A DNA stretch of 64,000 nt from positions 4,512,001 to 4,576,000 of the forward strand of contig OY969695.1 of assembly GCA_963701965.1 (NCBI GenBank), given 5' to 3'. This document shows, piece by piece, positions 9,043 through 18,798 of the stretch. Numbering within the stretch: the first letter of the stretch is position 1; each line of letters begins with the position of its first letter. The DNA comes from an uncultured Gemmatimonadales bacterium (GTDB taxonomy: Bacteria > Gemmatimonadota > Gemmatimonadetes > Gemmatimonadales > Gemmatimonadaceae). The notes beneath the pieces were generated by a model, which was not told the origin of the DNA, ran no database searches, and saw only the letters and a list, made by a program, of their open reading frames with translations. A program made the translations under genes and the position numbers.

Positions 9043-10494
9043 ATGGACGAAGAACGAGCTATCGCGATCGTTGAGGATCTGCGCGGACAGCCGGAATGGC
9101 ACTGCGTAGAGTTCAAGCGGAACTACGCCGAGCCGGAGAAGATCGGGAGGCTGGTATCGGCGATCTCCAATGCCGCGCGCCTGTCAGATCGTTCGTACGG
9201 GTACGTGATATGGGGGGTGGAGGATAGCACCCGCGACATCGTTGGAACCAACTTCCATCCGGCGACCGCGAAGGTAGGGAATCAACCACTCGAGTTCTGG
9301 CTGTCGAGCATGCTCAAGCCAGACATCGCGGTCGAGTTTGTTCCAATGGTTCACCCCAAGGGTGACCCAGTCGTACTCCTGAAAATACCGGCAGCGTGCG
9401 ATGTGACGACCAAGTTCGAAGAAATCGCCTACATTCGCATCGGCAGCGCGACGCCAAGGTTGTCTGACTACCCCAAGCGAGAGGCCGAGCTGGTGGCCAA
9501 GCTGCGTCCGTACGTTTGGGAGCGGGGCGTGGCCGCCGAATTCAGGTCCGAGGTAGATGTCGAGTTATTGTTCGACACTGGGGGCTACTTCGCGCTCACC
9601 CGCCGCCGGCCACCCAGCACTTATGCCGCGATCCTGCGCCAACTCGCAGACGAGCACCTCATTGCCGTGGACGTCGGAGTCCGTCGGAACATTCATAACC
9701 TTGGTGCAATCCTGTTCGCTCGGAATCTTGGTGCCTTCGATTCGACGGCGCGGAAGGCCGTGCGAGTGATTCAGTACGATGGCACCAGCAAGGAGAAAAC
9801 CAAAAGGCAACAGACTGGAAGACTTGGATACGCCACGAGCTTTGAGAACATCATCTCGTTCATTGATACGCTCTTGCCGAGCGAAGAACAGGTGCTGCCC
9901 GCCTTGCGAACTCGCCGGAGGATGTATCCGCCGATCGCCATTCGCGAGCTCGTCGCCAACGCACTCGTGCATCAAGACTTCACTATCTCTGGCGCAGGCC
10001 CGATGGTTGAGCTGTATGACGACCGGATCGAAATTTCGAACCCGGGCGTGCCCGTTACGGATATGCTCAACAAGCTCTTCGGCGCTCCGCCGCAGTCACG
10101 AAATGAGCATATCGCGAGACTGATGCGGCGAATGGGAATCTGCGAGGAACAGGGATCTGGATTGGTCAAAACTATATCGGCCCTTGAGGAACACCGCTTG
10201 CCGGCACTCGATCTGCGCGTCGTCGATCATCACATGCGAGTCACCCTGTACGGGCCGCGCCCGTTTAGCGCCCTGAGCAAGCAACAGCGTCTTCAGGTCT
10301 GCTATCAACACGCCGCGCTGCAGCACCACAGAGGGAGGCCGATGACCAACGCTTCGCTACGGGATCGCCTCGGAATAGAGGGGCGGAACGCGGCGCAGGT
10401 CTCCAGAGTGATTAAGGAGACTTTGGAGTCACGTCTGATTCGCGTCGAGGACCCGCAACGACCACGCTCTGGATACGTGCCGTTCTGGGCCTAG
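9043..10494 (+). CDS. AlbA_2 (Schlafen-like) + HATPase_c_4 + C-terminal wHTH protein
   Basis: VEFKRN, SAISNA..GYVIWGVED; YP..AIRELVANALVHQDF, DRIEISNPG, SRNE..MGICEEQGSG; terminal YVPFWA. Confidence 0.88.
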   Translation: MDEERAIAIVEDLRGQPEWHCVEFKRNYAEPEKIGRLVSAISNAARLSDRSYGYVIWGVEDSTRDIVGTNFHPATAKVGNQPLEFWLSSMLKPDIAVEFVPMVHPKGDPVVLLKIPAACDVTTKFEEIAYIRIGSATPRLSDYPKREAELVAKLRPYVWERGVAAEFRSEVDVELLFDTGGYFALTRRRPPSTYAAILRQLADEHLIAVDVGVRRNIHNLGAILFARNLGAFDSTARKAVRVIQYDGTSKEKTKRQQTGRLGYATSFENIISFIDTLLPSEEQVLPALRTRRRMYPPIAIRELVANALVHQDFTISGAGPMVELYDDRIEISNPGVPVTDMLNKLFGAPPQSRNEHIARLMRRMGICEEQGSGLVKTISALEEHRLPALDLRVVDHHMRVTLYGPRPFSALSKQQRLQVCYQHAALQHHRGRPMTNASLRDRLGIEGRNAAQVSRVIKETLESRLIRVEDPQRPRSGYVPFWA

Positions 10495-10886
10495 AATCCG
10501 GTACAGGATCCTTTATTGATTCCGGCGCCAGCCGCGGAGCCGGGTTTGTCGTAACACGCTGTATGGCAACAGGTTGCGCAAGGTCCGATATTTGATTGGG
10601 AATTGACTGCGCGTTGGGATCGCTCCCAGCTGTGGGACGACGGGCGTGACGACCAGGGCAGCGCTTCTGAGATCTGTGCTTGTCCCGCGTCAGTAATGCG
10701 CATAAGCACCTCGCATTCCGGACTGTTCGGCACGACAATGATCTTCAAATTAGAGCGGACGGCCATCATCGCCGTATCGTTGATTTTTGTGTGAATTGCC
10801 ATCCTACCTGAGCGGCGGGCCACTATGGCTCGCGGTCCGCGAGGCGTTTGGCCAACACACGTAGAATTTCGTGCTCACCGTCCTGG

Positions 10887-10928
10887 TCACAGTTGGATTC
10901 ACAGTTGGATTTGGATTCACAGTTGGAT
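10887..10928. repeat. Three direct repeats of TCACAGTTGGAT
   Basis: Exact copies at 10887, 10899 and 10917. Confidence 0.9.
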
Positions 10929-11064
10929 ATGGTATGGAGCGTTTTTTTGCACTCCGCGCCCGGGCAGACTACGCCAGCGCCAGAGGGCAACCCAGCAGCC
11001 CGCCGGTACGAGAAGGCTAAACCCGTTATCTTGTGACGGTTTACGCCTTTTCTCCGTCAACGTC

Positions 11065-11529
11065 ATGGCCCAGGGCGAGAGCGACACCGAAGCGATCGCG
11101 CGCAACCGGCGCGCCCGACACGACTACCACATCCTCGAGACGTGGGAAGCCGGTCTGGTGCTCACGGGGACCGAGGTCAAGGCGCTGCGCGAAGGCAAGG
11201 CGACCATATCGGATGCCTACGCGGTGGTGAACGGAAGCGAGGTGTTCCTGCTCAATCTCCATATCGGCCAGTACGACCAGGGTCACCAGTTCAATCACGA
11301 GCCCACGCGGACGCGGAAGCTGCTGCTGCACAAGAAGGAGATTCGCAAGATGATCGGGGCCGTCGAGCGCCAGGGACTCACATTGATCGCGCTCGACTTG
11401 TACTTCAAGCGCGGCCGCGCCAAAGCGTTGATCGGCCTGGCCCGCGGCAAGAAGCTCCACGACAAGCGCGCCGACGCCAAGCGCCGCGACGACGAGCGCG
11501 ACATCGCTCGCGCGGTCCGCGTCCGGTGA
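11065..11529 (+). CDS. smpB: SsrA-binding protein
   Basis: NRRARHDY, EAGLVLTGTEVK, RKLLLHKKEI, GKKLHDKR. Confidence 0.97.
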   Translation: MAQGESDTEAIARNRRARHDYHILETWEAGLVLTGTEVKALREGKATISDAYAVVNGSEVFLLNLHIGQYDQGHQFNHEPTRTRKLLLHKKEIRKMIGAVERQGLTLIALDLYFKRGRAKALIGLARGKKLHDKRADAKRRDDERDIARAVRVR

Positions 11530-12794
11530 TCGCCGCCCTCGGCCTGTGCTTTCAGCTCGCCAGCCCCCAGGCCGGGATCTCGGTGTTGTCCGTCAAAGCC
11601 AACGGCACCGAATACCATATTCCTGTCGTCGACGGCGGCGGCACCCTGTCTATTCGCGCCGACCTTCTCACGAACGCTCTCGGCGGGTCGACCCGGCGTA
11701 TGCCCGACGGACGCTACTCCGTCGCGCTCCCCGGGATCACGCTCGTCGTCTCCGATCATAACCCCTTCGCCAAGGCCGACACCGCCGTCATCCCGTTGGG
11801 TGGCGAGGCTTACGTTGCCGGCGGACACGTCTACCTGCCCTTCACGGTCGTCACCGACGTCGCCCCCCGCGTCGGCAGCGGCGTGCTCTACGATACCAGC
11901 CTCGTCCAGCTGCGCCTTTTCTCGGCGTTCGTCTCGTCCTCGTCCCACGCCACGGGGCGCACCCTGGGGTCGGGCGACGTCCTCGTGCCCGACTCCACCG
12001 ATCTCGACGAGAGCGCCACTCCCGGCCGTACCCACCTCGTCGTCGTCGACGCCGGCCACGGTGGCCCTGACCATGGGATGAGCGGGCCCATCGGATCCAC
12101 GCACCCCATCTACGAGAAGGACATCACCCTCGCCGTCGCCCAGCGCGTGTCGAGCGCCCTCCGCGCCCGCGGCATCGACGTCGTGATGACCCGCACGCGC
12201 GACACCCTGATCGCGTTGTCCGACCGCGGCCGGATCGCCAACGAGCACCACGCCGATCTCTTTCTCTCGATCCACGTCAATGCCGCCAACCCCGGCTGGC
12301 ACGATCCCGCCGGCGCCCGCGGATTCGAGACCTATTTCCTCGCCGAAGCCAAGACCGAGGATGCCCGCCGCGTCGCCCAGATGGAAAACGAAGCCGTCCG
12401 GTTCGAGAGCGGCAGCGACGGATCGAAAAACGATCCGCTCGACTTCATTCTCAAGGACATGAAGCAGAACGAGCACCTTCGGGAGTCGAGCGACCTGGCC
12501 ACCATTATCCAAAAGCACTTGGGCCGCATCGAGCCCGGTCCCGATCGCGGCGTCAAGCAAGCCGGATTCCGGGTCCTCGTCACCGCCTACATGCCCGCGG
12601 TGCTCGTCGAGATCGGGTTCGGCACCAACGCCGCCGAGGCGCGCTATCTGTCGAGTCCCGCCGAGCAACGCGAGATTGCGCAGTCGATCGCCGGCGCCAC
12701 GGCGCAGTACCTGGCGCGCTACGAGCGGCGGATCGGCGGCGGACGGACGGCCACGGTGGCCGACAATGGCGGCAAGCCCGCCGGAGCCCAGTGA
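11526..12794 (+). CDS. N-acetylmuramoyl-L-alanine amidase (Amidase_3)
   Basis: VVDAGHGG, EKDITL, SIHVNA, PAVLVEIGF. Confidence 0.92.
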   Translation: MIAALGLCFQLASPQAGISVLSVKANGTEYHIPVVDGGGTLSIRADLLTNALGGSTRRMPDGRYSVALPGITLVVSDHNPFAKADTAVIPLGGEAYVAGGHVYLPFTVVTDVAPRVGSGVLYDTSLVQLRLFSAFVSSSSHATGRTLGSGDVLVPDSTDLDESATPGRTHLVVVDAGHGGPDHGMSGPIGSTHPIYEKDITLAVAQRVSSALRARGIDVVMTRTRDTLIALSDRGRIANEHHADLFLSIHVNAANPGWHDPAGARGFETYFLAEAKTEDARRVAQMENEAVRFESGSDGSKNDPLDFILKDMKQNEHLRESSDLATIIQKHLGRIEPGPDRGVKQAGFRVLVTAYMPAVLVEIGFGTNAAEARYLSSPAEQREIAQSIAGATAQYLARYERRIGGGRTATVADNGGKPAGAQ

Positions 12795-12795
12795 C

Positions 12796-13731
12796 GTGAC
12801 CACTGCCCTCGCGGTGGACGCCGCGGGGCTCCACTTCCAAAATCCCGTCTTGCTCGCCGCCGGCACCGCCGCTTACGGCCGCGAGCTCGCCGGCGTGGTG
12901 GATCTCGATCGCCTCGGCGGCCTCGTGACCAAAGCCGTGAGCGTCGAGCCCCGCCACGGCAATCCCGCGCCGCGCGTTGCCGAATTCTCCGGCGGGATGC
13001 TGAACGCCATCGGCCTCGCCAATCCCGGCCTCGACGCGGTGCGTCGCGAGCACCTGCCGTGGCTGGCCGAGCATGTGCGGCACGCCCAAGTGCTCGTCAA
13101 CGTGGTAGGGAACACGGTCGGCGACTTCGTCGCCGTCGTGTCCGGCCTGACCGACGCGCCAGGGTTCGCCGGGTTCGAGATCAATGTCAGTTGTCCCAAC
13201 GTGCATTGTGGCGGCATGGAATTCGGCGCCGACCGCAAGGTCCTCGGGGATTTGATCGCTGCTGTCAGGGGGGCGACCAGACGACCGATCTTCGTGAAGC
13301 TTTCGCCGACATTGCCGGAGATCGGTGAGACCGCGAAGGCCGCCGTGGGAGCAGGAGCCGACGGCATCACCGTGGTCAACACGCTCCCCGGCCTCGTGGT
13401 CGACGTGGAGACCCGGCGGCCCGCCCTCGGCTTCGGCACCGGCGGCATCAGCGGATCCGCCGTGTTGGCCGTGGGCGTGCTCGCGACCTATCGCGTCGCC
13501 CGCGCGGTTCCGGTGCCGGTCATCGGCGTCGGAGGCATCGCGACGGCGGAAGATATCGTGCAGTATTTGTTGGCCGGCGCCACGTTGGTGGGCGTCGGTA
13601 CCGCCGCCCTCATCGATCCACGGGTGCCGGAACGCCTCGTTCGCGGGCTCGCGCGCTGGTGCACACGCCACGGCGTGCGGACGCTGAACGACATCATTGG
13701 ACGTCTGGACTGGGGAGGTGGGGCACCGTGA
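12796..13731 (+). CDS. pyrD: Dihydroorotate dehydrogenase family 1 catalytic subunit
   Basis: GMLNAIGLANPG, EINVSCPN, VKLSP, GGISG. Confidence 0.93.
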   Translation: MTTALAVDAAGLHFQNPVLLAAGTAAYGRELAGVVDLDRLGGLVTKAVSVEPRHGNPAPRVAEFSGGMLNAIGLANPGLDAVRREHLPWLAEHVRHAQVLVNVVGNTVGDFVAVVSGLTDAPGFAGFEINVSCPNVHCGGMEFGADRKVLGDLIAAVRGATRRPIFVKLSPTLPEIGETAKAAVGAGADGITVVNTLPGLVVDVETRRPALGFGTGGISGSAVLAVGVLATYRVARAVPVPVIGVGGIATAEDIVQYLLAGATLVGVGTAALIDPRVPERLVRGLARWCTRHGVRTLNDIIGRLDWGGGAP

Positions 13732-14423
13732 AGACCATACCAATCGTGGCGCTGGATGTCCCGAGCCAGGAAGCCGCCTCGATCATCGTGTCCGCCCTCG
13801 GCGACCTCTGCCGGTTCTACAAGGTCGGCAGCGAGCTGTTCACGGCCGGCGGGCCCGCCGTCGTGCGCTCCCTGCGGGAGCACGACTGCGAGGTCTTTCT
13901 CGACCTCAAATGGCACGACATCCCCAACACGATCAAGGGTGCAGCCCGGAGCGCGGCCCGGATCGGCGCCCGGCTCGTCACCGTGCACGCCACCGGCGGC
14001 ATCTCGATGATGCGCGCCGCGGTCGAGGGAGCCAGCCAGGGCGGCGCCGGCTGCAAGGTCTTCGCGGTCACGGTGTTGACCTCGCTTGACGCGCAGCGCA
14101 TCGGCCAAGCGTGGGGGCGACCCAATATCGTGGTGATGGATGAAGTCCTGCGGCTCGCCGATCAGGCGCTCGAGGCCGGTGTCCGCGGGATCGTCTGCGG
14201 CGGCACCGAGGCGGCCGCCGTTCGCGCGCGCCACGGTGAAGCCCTCGAGCTCCTCGTGCCCGGCGTCCGTCTGGCCGGCAGCGCGTCCAACGACCAGGTG
14301 CGGGTCGTGACGCCCGCCGAAGCCGTAGCCGCCGGCGCCAACTACATCGTCGTCGGTCGAACCGTCACCGCGGCCCCGGCCCCGCGCGAAGCGATGCGCT
14401 CCGTCATTGACGCGGTAACCTAA
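13728..14423 (+). CDS. pyrF: Orotidine-5'-phosphate decarboxylase
   Basis: VALD, FLDLKWHDIPNT, VTVLTS, PGVR, VVGR. Confidence 0.95.
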   Translation: MKTIPIVALDVPSQEAASIIVSALGDLCRFYKVGSELFTAGGPAVVRSLREHDCEVFLDLKWHDIPNTIKGAARSAARIGARLVTVHATGGISMMRAAVEGASQGGAGCKVFAVTVLTSLDAQRIGQAWGRPNIVVMDEVLRLADQALEAGVRGIVCGGTEAAAVRARHGEALELLVPGVRLAGSASNDQVRVVTPAEAVAAGANYIVVGRTVTAAPAPREAMRSVIDAVT

Positions 14424-14478
14424 GCCGAATAATATTATGAGCTTGCCTAGAATTTTAACGTACTTGTAGGAGCAGCCA

Positions 14479-14595
14479 GTGAAAGTTCGGAGCAGCGTCA
14501 AGCCAATCTGCGAGCACTGCAAGGTGATCAAGCGGAACGGCGTGATGCGCATCATTTGTAAGCGCAACCCGAAACACAAGCAGCGGCAAGGGTAA
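14479..14595 (+). CDS. rpmJ: 50S ribosomal protein L36 (absent from the ORF track)
   Basis: Manual translation [46 protein letters not shown]. Confidence 0.97.
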   Translation: MKVRSSVKPICEHCKVIKRNGVMRIICKRNPKHKQRQG

Positions 14596-14598
14596 CCC

Positions 14599-14976
14599 AT
14601 GGCGCGCATTGCCGGCATCGATCTCCCTCGCGACAAAAAGGTCGAGATTGGGCTGACGTACATTTACGGGATCGGCCGCGCGAATGCGCGCAAGATCCTC
14701 CTGTCCACCGGAGTCAACTCCGCCCTGCGCATTCGCGAGCTCTCCGACGCCGACGTCAATCGTCTGCGCCAGGCGATCGAGCGCGACTTTCGCGTCGAGG
14801 GGGCGCTCCGGACCGAGGTCGCGATGAATATCAAGCGCCTCATGGATATCGGGTCGTACCGTGGCATCCGGCACCGCAAGGGGCTTCCGGTGCGTGGACA
14901 ACGGACCCACACGAACGCGCGCACGAAGAAAGGACCGCGTCGCGCCATTGCCGGGAAGAAAAAGGTGACCAAGTAA
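14599..14976 (+). CDS. rpsM: 30S ribosomal protein S13
   Basis: [28 protein letters not shown]. Confidence 0.98.
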   Translation: MARIAGIDLPRDKKVEIGLTYIYGIGRANARKILLSTGVNSALRIRELSDADVNRLRQAIERDFRVEGALRTEVAMNIKRLMDIGSYRGIRHRKGLPVRGQRTHTNARTKKGPRRAIAGKKKVTK

Positions 14977-14977
14977 C

Positions 14978-15355
14978 ATGGCGACCGCGAAGAAATCGAA
15001 GCGCATCGTAGAGGCGGAGGGCATCGCTCACGTCAACGCGACGTTCAACAACACGACGGTGACGATCACCGATCCGCGCGGGAATACCGTGTCCTGGGGA
15101 TCGTCGGGCAAGGCGGGGTTCAAGGGGTCGAAAAAGTCGACGCCATTCGCCGCCACGGTCGCGGCCGAGCAGGTCGCCCGCGAGGCGATGACGCTCGGCG
15201 TCCGCCGCGTGCACGTGCGCGTGCAGGGTCCCGGCTCGGGGCGCGAGTCCGCGATCCAGGCGCTGGCGACGGCCGGATTGCAGGTCAAGTCGATCAAGGA
15301 CGTCACGCCCATTCCGCACAACGGTTGCCGGCCGCCTAAGCGGCGGAGGGTCTGA
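14978..15355 (+). CDS. rpsK: 30S ribosomal protein S11
   Basis: [31 protein letters not shown]. Confidence 0.98.
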   Translation: MATAKKSKRIVEAEGIAHVNATFNNTTVTITDPRGNTVSWGSSGKAGFKGSKKSTPFAATVAAEQVAREAMTLGVRRVHVRVQGPGSGRESAIQALATAGLQVKSIKDVTPIPHNGCRPPKRRRV

Positions 15356-15358
15356 CCC

Positions 15359-15991
15359 GTGCGGTATCTGGGACCGAGTTGCCGGCAGTGCCGGCGCGAA
15401 GGCACGAAGCTGTTTCTCAAGGGCACCAAGTGCTTCACCGAGAAGTGCCCCGTCGAGCGGCGGCCATATGCGCCTGGCCAGCACGGTCAAAGCACCGCGC
15501 GGCGCCGGAAGTCGTCGGAGTATGCCAAGCAGCTGCGCGAGAAGCAGAAGATCAAGCGCATCTACGGCGTCAGTGAGCGGCAGTTCCGCAACACGTTTCA
15601 GCGCGTCGTGAAGCTGCCCGGCATCACCGGCCACGAGCTCCTCGCTTCGCTGGAGAGCCGGCTCGACAACATGATCTATCGGATGGGATTCGCGTCCAGC
15701 CGGAAGGCGGCGCGCCAGCTGATCCGGCATCGGCACGTCGAGATCAATCAAAAGACTGTCGATGTCCCGAGCTATCATGTCCGGCCCGGGCAGGAAGTCC
15801 GCGTGCGGCCCAAGTCGCGCGAGCAGGCGTCGATCCTCGTCGCCATGGAGCAATCATCGCGCGGCGCGTCCCTCTCGTGGCTCGCCGTCGACAGGGAGTC
15901 GTTCAGCGGCCGCATGCTGGAGCGTCCGGCCCGCGCGAACATCCCGATCGCGGCCCAGGAGCAATTGGTCGTCGAGTTGTACTCGAAGTAA
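15359..15991 (+). CDS. rpsD: 30S ribosomal protein S4
   Basis: CRREGTKLFLKG, QLREKQK, LESRLDN, VVELYSK. Confidence 0.98.
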   Translation: MRYLGPSCRQCRREGTKLFLKGTKCFTEKCPVERRPYAPGQHGQSTARRRKSSEYAKQLREKQKIKRIYGVSERQFRNTFQRVVKLPGITGHELLASLESRLDNMIYRMGFASSRKAARQLIRHRHVEINQKTVDVPSYHVRPGQEVRVRPKSREQASILVAMEQSSRGASLSWLAVDRESFSGRMLERPARANIPIAAQEQLVVELYSK

Positions 15992-16136
15992 AAGACGTTT
16001 TTCACAGACGCGGCCCCGAAAGGGTCCGCGCGCTGGTCGGGACTCTGACTCCCGTACGAGCCTACCGCGCGTCAGAGGCGGGGTGGGGCGTTGCCGGGCA
16101 CGGTCGCCCGGTATGACCACTGAGAGGAATAGCACC
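15992..16136 (+). ncRNA. Candidate structured cis-regulatory RNA with four hairpins and a 7-bp kissing loop
   Basis: Hairpins at 16009-16030 (GAAA loop), 16032-16061 (loop CTCTGAC), 16062-16086 (loop GTCAGAG) and 16092-16113. Confidence 0.6.
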
Positions 16137-17204
16137 ATGGCACAGACTATCGATCTTCGCGGCCTCGTCCGCCCCCAGCTCGTCGAAGCGACGAAGCGTG
16201 AGGACAATCCGAACGTCGCCGAGTTTCGCCTCCAGCCCCTCGAGCGCGGCTTCGGCCACACGCTCGGCAACGCGATGCGCCGCCTGCTGCTGTCGTCCCT
16301 CCGGGGCACCGCAGTCTGGGCGTTTCGCGTCGATGGCGTCGTCCACGAGCACCAGACGATCTCCGGCGTCGTCGAGGACGTCCATCAGATCATCGGCAAC
16401 CTGAAGACCCTGACGCTGGTGCTCGACGAGGGCCTGGAAGACGCCACGCTGCGCATCCAGCGCACCGGCGCTGGCCCAGTGACCGCGACCGATATCAATG
16501 TCGGCTCCGGCGTCCGGATCATCGATCCCTCGCACCACCTATTCACGCTGCAGGACGATCGCGACATCACAATGGACCTGTACGTCAAGCAGGGCCGAGG
16601 CTACACCGAGTCCGACCAGCACACGCTGGAGCGCGGCATGCCGATCGACGTCGTGCGCATCGACGCCATTTACAATCCGGTCCGCCGCGTGAACTTCTCG
16701 GTGGCCGAGACCCGCGTCGGTCAGCGCACCGACTACGACCGGCTCACGCTCACGGTCGAGACGAACGGCACGATCAGTCCGGAAGAGGCCGTCAGCTACG
16801 CGGCGGCGCTCGCGCAGACGCACTTCCAGTACTTCGTGGGTTTCGGTTCCCACACGTCGGCACCAGTCGGCGCCGGCGCCGATCTCGGCGGCGGCGACAG
16901 CGTCCGGCTCGCCGAGTTGCAGACGCCGATCGACGACCTCGAGCTGTCGGTCCGGTCGGTGAACTCACTCAAGAATTCCAATATCCGGTCCCTCGGCGAT
17001 CTCGTGCGCCAGACCGAAAGTCAGATTCTCCAGGTCAAGAATTTCGGCAAGAAGTCCCTGCAGGAGATCGCCGACCTGCTGGAACGCAAAGGGTTGAACT
17101 TCGGGATGCGGTACGAAGAGACTCCGGATGGCGTGCGGATCACCGATTGGGGCACGCCGCCGAGCCGGGCCGCCGCGAACGCGCCAGACGACGACGAGGA
17201 GTAG
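16137..17204 (+). CDS. rpoA: RNA polymerase subunit alpha
   Basis: PLERGFGHTLGNAMRRLLLSS, RVGQRTDYD, LELSVRS, NFGKKSL. Confidence 0.98.
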   Translation: MAQTIDLRGLVRPQLVEATKREDNPNVAEFRLQPLERGFGHTLGNAMRRLLLSSLRGTAVWAFRVDGVVHEHQTISGVVEDVHQIIGNLKTLTLVLDEGLEDATLRIQRTGAGPVTATDINVGSGVRIIDPSHHLFTLQDDRDITMDLYVKQGRGYTESDQHTLERGMPIDVVRIDAIYNPVRRVNFSVAETRVGQRTDYDRLTLTVETNGTISPEEAVSYAAALAQTHFQYFVGFGSHTSAPVGAGADLGGGDSVRLAELQTPIDDLELSVRSVNSLKNSNIRSLGDLVRQTESQILQVKNFGKKSLQEIADLLERKGLNFGMRYEETPDGVRITDWGTPPSRAAANAPDDDEE

Positions 17205-17210
17205 CACGCC

Positions 17211-17582
17211 ATGCGACACCGAAAGGCCGGACGGCAACTCCGCCGGACAAGCGAGCAACGGCTGGCGCTGTTGCGGAATCTCGCGATCTCGCTGATCGAG
17301 AGCGGCGCCATCGAGACGACCGAGGCCAAAGCCAAAGAGCTGCGCCCGTTCGTCGAGAAGCTCATCACCAAAGGCAAAGCCGGCACGCTGCACGCCCGGC
17401 GACTCGCGGCGCGCGATGTGCACAAGCGGTCCGCGGCTGATAAACTGTTCCAGGATGTCGCGCCCAAATTCGCGACCCGGACCGGTGGGTACACGCGCAT
17501 TCTCAAGACCGGGTTCCGGAAAGGCGATGGCGCGGAGATGGCGCGCATCGAGTTGATCGGCCTGTCCGAGGTGTCGTCATGA
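17211..17582 (+). CDS. rplQ: 50S ribosomal protein L17
   Basis: [28 protein letters not shown]. Confidence 0.98.
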   Translation: MRHRKAGRQLRRTSEQRLALLRNLAISLIESGAIETTEAKAKELRPFVEKLITKGKAGTLHARRLAARDVHKRSAADKLFQDVAPKFATRTGGYTRILKTGFRKGDGAEMARIELIGLSEVSS

Positions 17583-17800
17583 TCGCGCGCAACCGATGCT
17601 ACTCGTGCGGTCGCGGCGTGGCGTTCGGCAACAACGTCTCGCACGCCAACAACAAAACCCGCCGCGTGTGGAAGCCCAACCTGCAGGTGGCCCGCGTTCT
17701 CCACGACGGCGTGATCACGAAGGTCAAGGTGTGCACGCGGTGTCTCCACGCGGGCAAGATCCAGCGCGCGCCACGGGGCGGCGGCGTTCCCGCCGCCTAG
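17579..17800 (+). CDS. rpmB: 50S ribosomal protein L28
   Basis: [20 protein letters not shown] with two CxxC pairs. Confidence 0.95.
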   Translation: MIARNRCYSCGRGVAFGNNVSHANNKTRRVWKPNLQVARVLHDGVITKVKVCTRCLHAGKIQRAPRGGGVPAA

Positions 17801-17832
17801 CGGCGGCGATCCCAAGGCCGGCAGCGCACTGA

Positions 17833-18798
17833 ATGCCGACCGCGCTGATCACGGGCATTACCGGCCAGGACGGCTCGTACCTGGCCGAATTGCTGCTCGA
17901 AAAGGGCTATCGTGTCGTCGGCATCGTCCGCCGCAGCTCCACGACGCCCTACGAGCGCATTGGGCATCTCGTCGATCGCGTCGAGTTGATCTCGGCTGAT
18001 CTCCTCGACCAGCATTCGCTGGTCGATGCCATGGCCGAGTGCCGGCCGGACGAGATCTACAATCTCGCCGCCCAGAGCTTCGTGCAGACATCGTGGACGC
18101 AGCCCGTCCTCACCGGGGAGTTCACGGCCCTCGGCGTCACGCGGATGCTCGAAGCCATGCGCAAAGCCGCGCCCCGCGCCCGATTCTACCAGGCCAGCTC
18201 CAGCGAAATGTTCGGCATGGTGCTGGAGACGCCGCAGCGCGAGTCGACCCCGTTCTACCCGCGTTCGCCCTATGGCGTCGCCAAAGTGTATGGGCATTGG
18301 ATCACGGTGAATTACCGCGAGAGTTACCGCCTCTACGCGGTCTCCGGCATCCTGTTCAATCACGAGTCCCCGCGGCGCGGCTTGGAGTTCGTGACGCGCA
18401 AGGTCACCGACGCCGCCGCGCGCATCAAGCTCGGTCTCGCGCGCGAGGTCAAGCTCGGGAATCTCGAATCGCGGCGCGACTGGGGCTACGCCGGAGACTA
18501 TGTCGACGCCATGTGGCGCATGCTTCAAGCCGACACTCCCCGCGATTTCGTGATCGGTACCGGGGAGACCTGGTCCGTGCGCCAGCTCTGCGAGATCGCA
18601 TTTCAACACGTCGGGCTCGACTACCACGACTATGTCGTGCAGGATCAGCGATTCATGCGACCAGCCGAAGTCGATCTTCTCGTCGCCGATGCGACGCACG
18701 CGCGCCAGCAGCTTGGCTGGGCGCCCTGTATCTCGTTCCGCCAACTGGTCGCGATGATGGTCGACGCCGACCTGGCGCGCCACGGTCCCCGGTCATGA
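17833..18798 (+). CDS. gmd: GDP-mannose 4,6-dehydratase
   Basis: [39 protein letters not shown]. Confidence 0.95.
   Translation: MPTALITGITGQDGSYLAELLLEKGYRVVGIVRRSSTTPYERIGHLVDRVELISADLLDQHSLVDAMAECRPDEIYNLAAQSFVQTSWTQPVLTGEFTALGVTRMLEAMRKAAPRARFYQASSSEMFGMVLETPQRESTPFYPRSPYGVAKVYGHWITVNYRESYRLYAVSGILFNHESPRRGLEFVTRKVTDAAARIKLGLAREVKLGNLESRRDWGYAGDYVDAMWRMLQADTPRDFVIGTGETWSVRQLCEIAFQHVGLDYHDYVVQDQRFMRPAEVDLLVADATHARQQLGWAPCISFRQLVAMMVDADLARHGPRS

Noticed and set aside
10491..10823. Minus-strand 110-aa ORF (possible start at 10802 after AGGTAGG)
   Set aside because: No recognisable motif; could be a real remnant but cannot be supported
10495..11064. tmRNA gene next to smpB
   Set aside because: No GGGG..-like 5' end, T-arm/CCA end or tag reading frame recognised
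14421..14445. dif/Xer site (ATAA..TTATG)
   Set aside because: Only 2 bp lie between the arms instead of 6 and the XerD arm does not match; more likely the rpmJ promoter region
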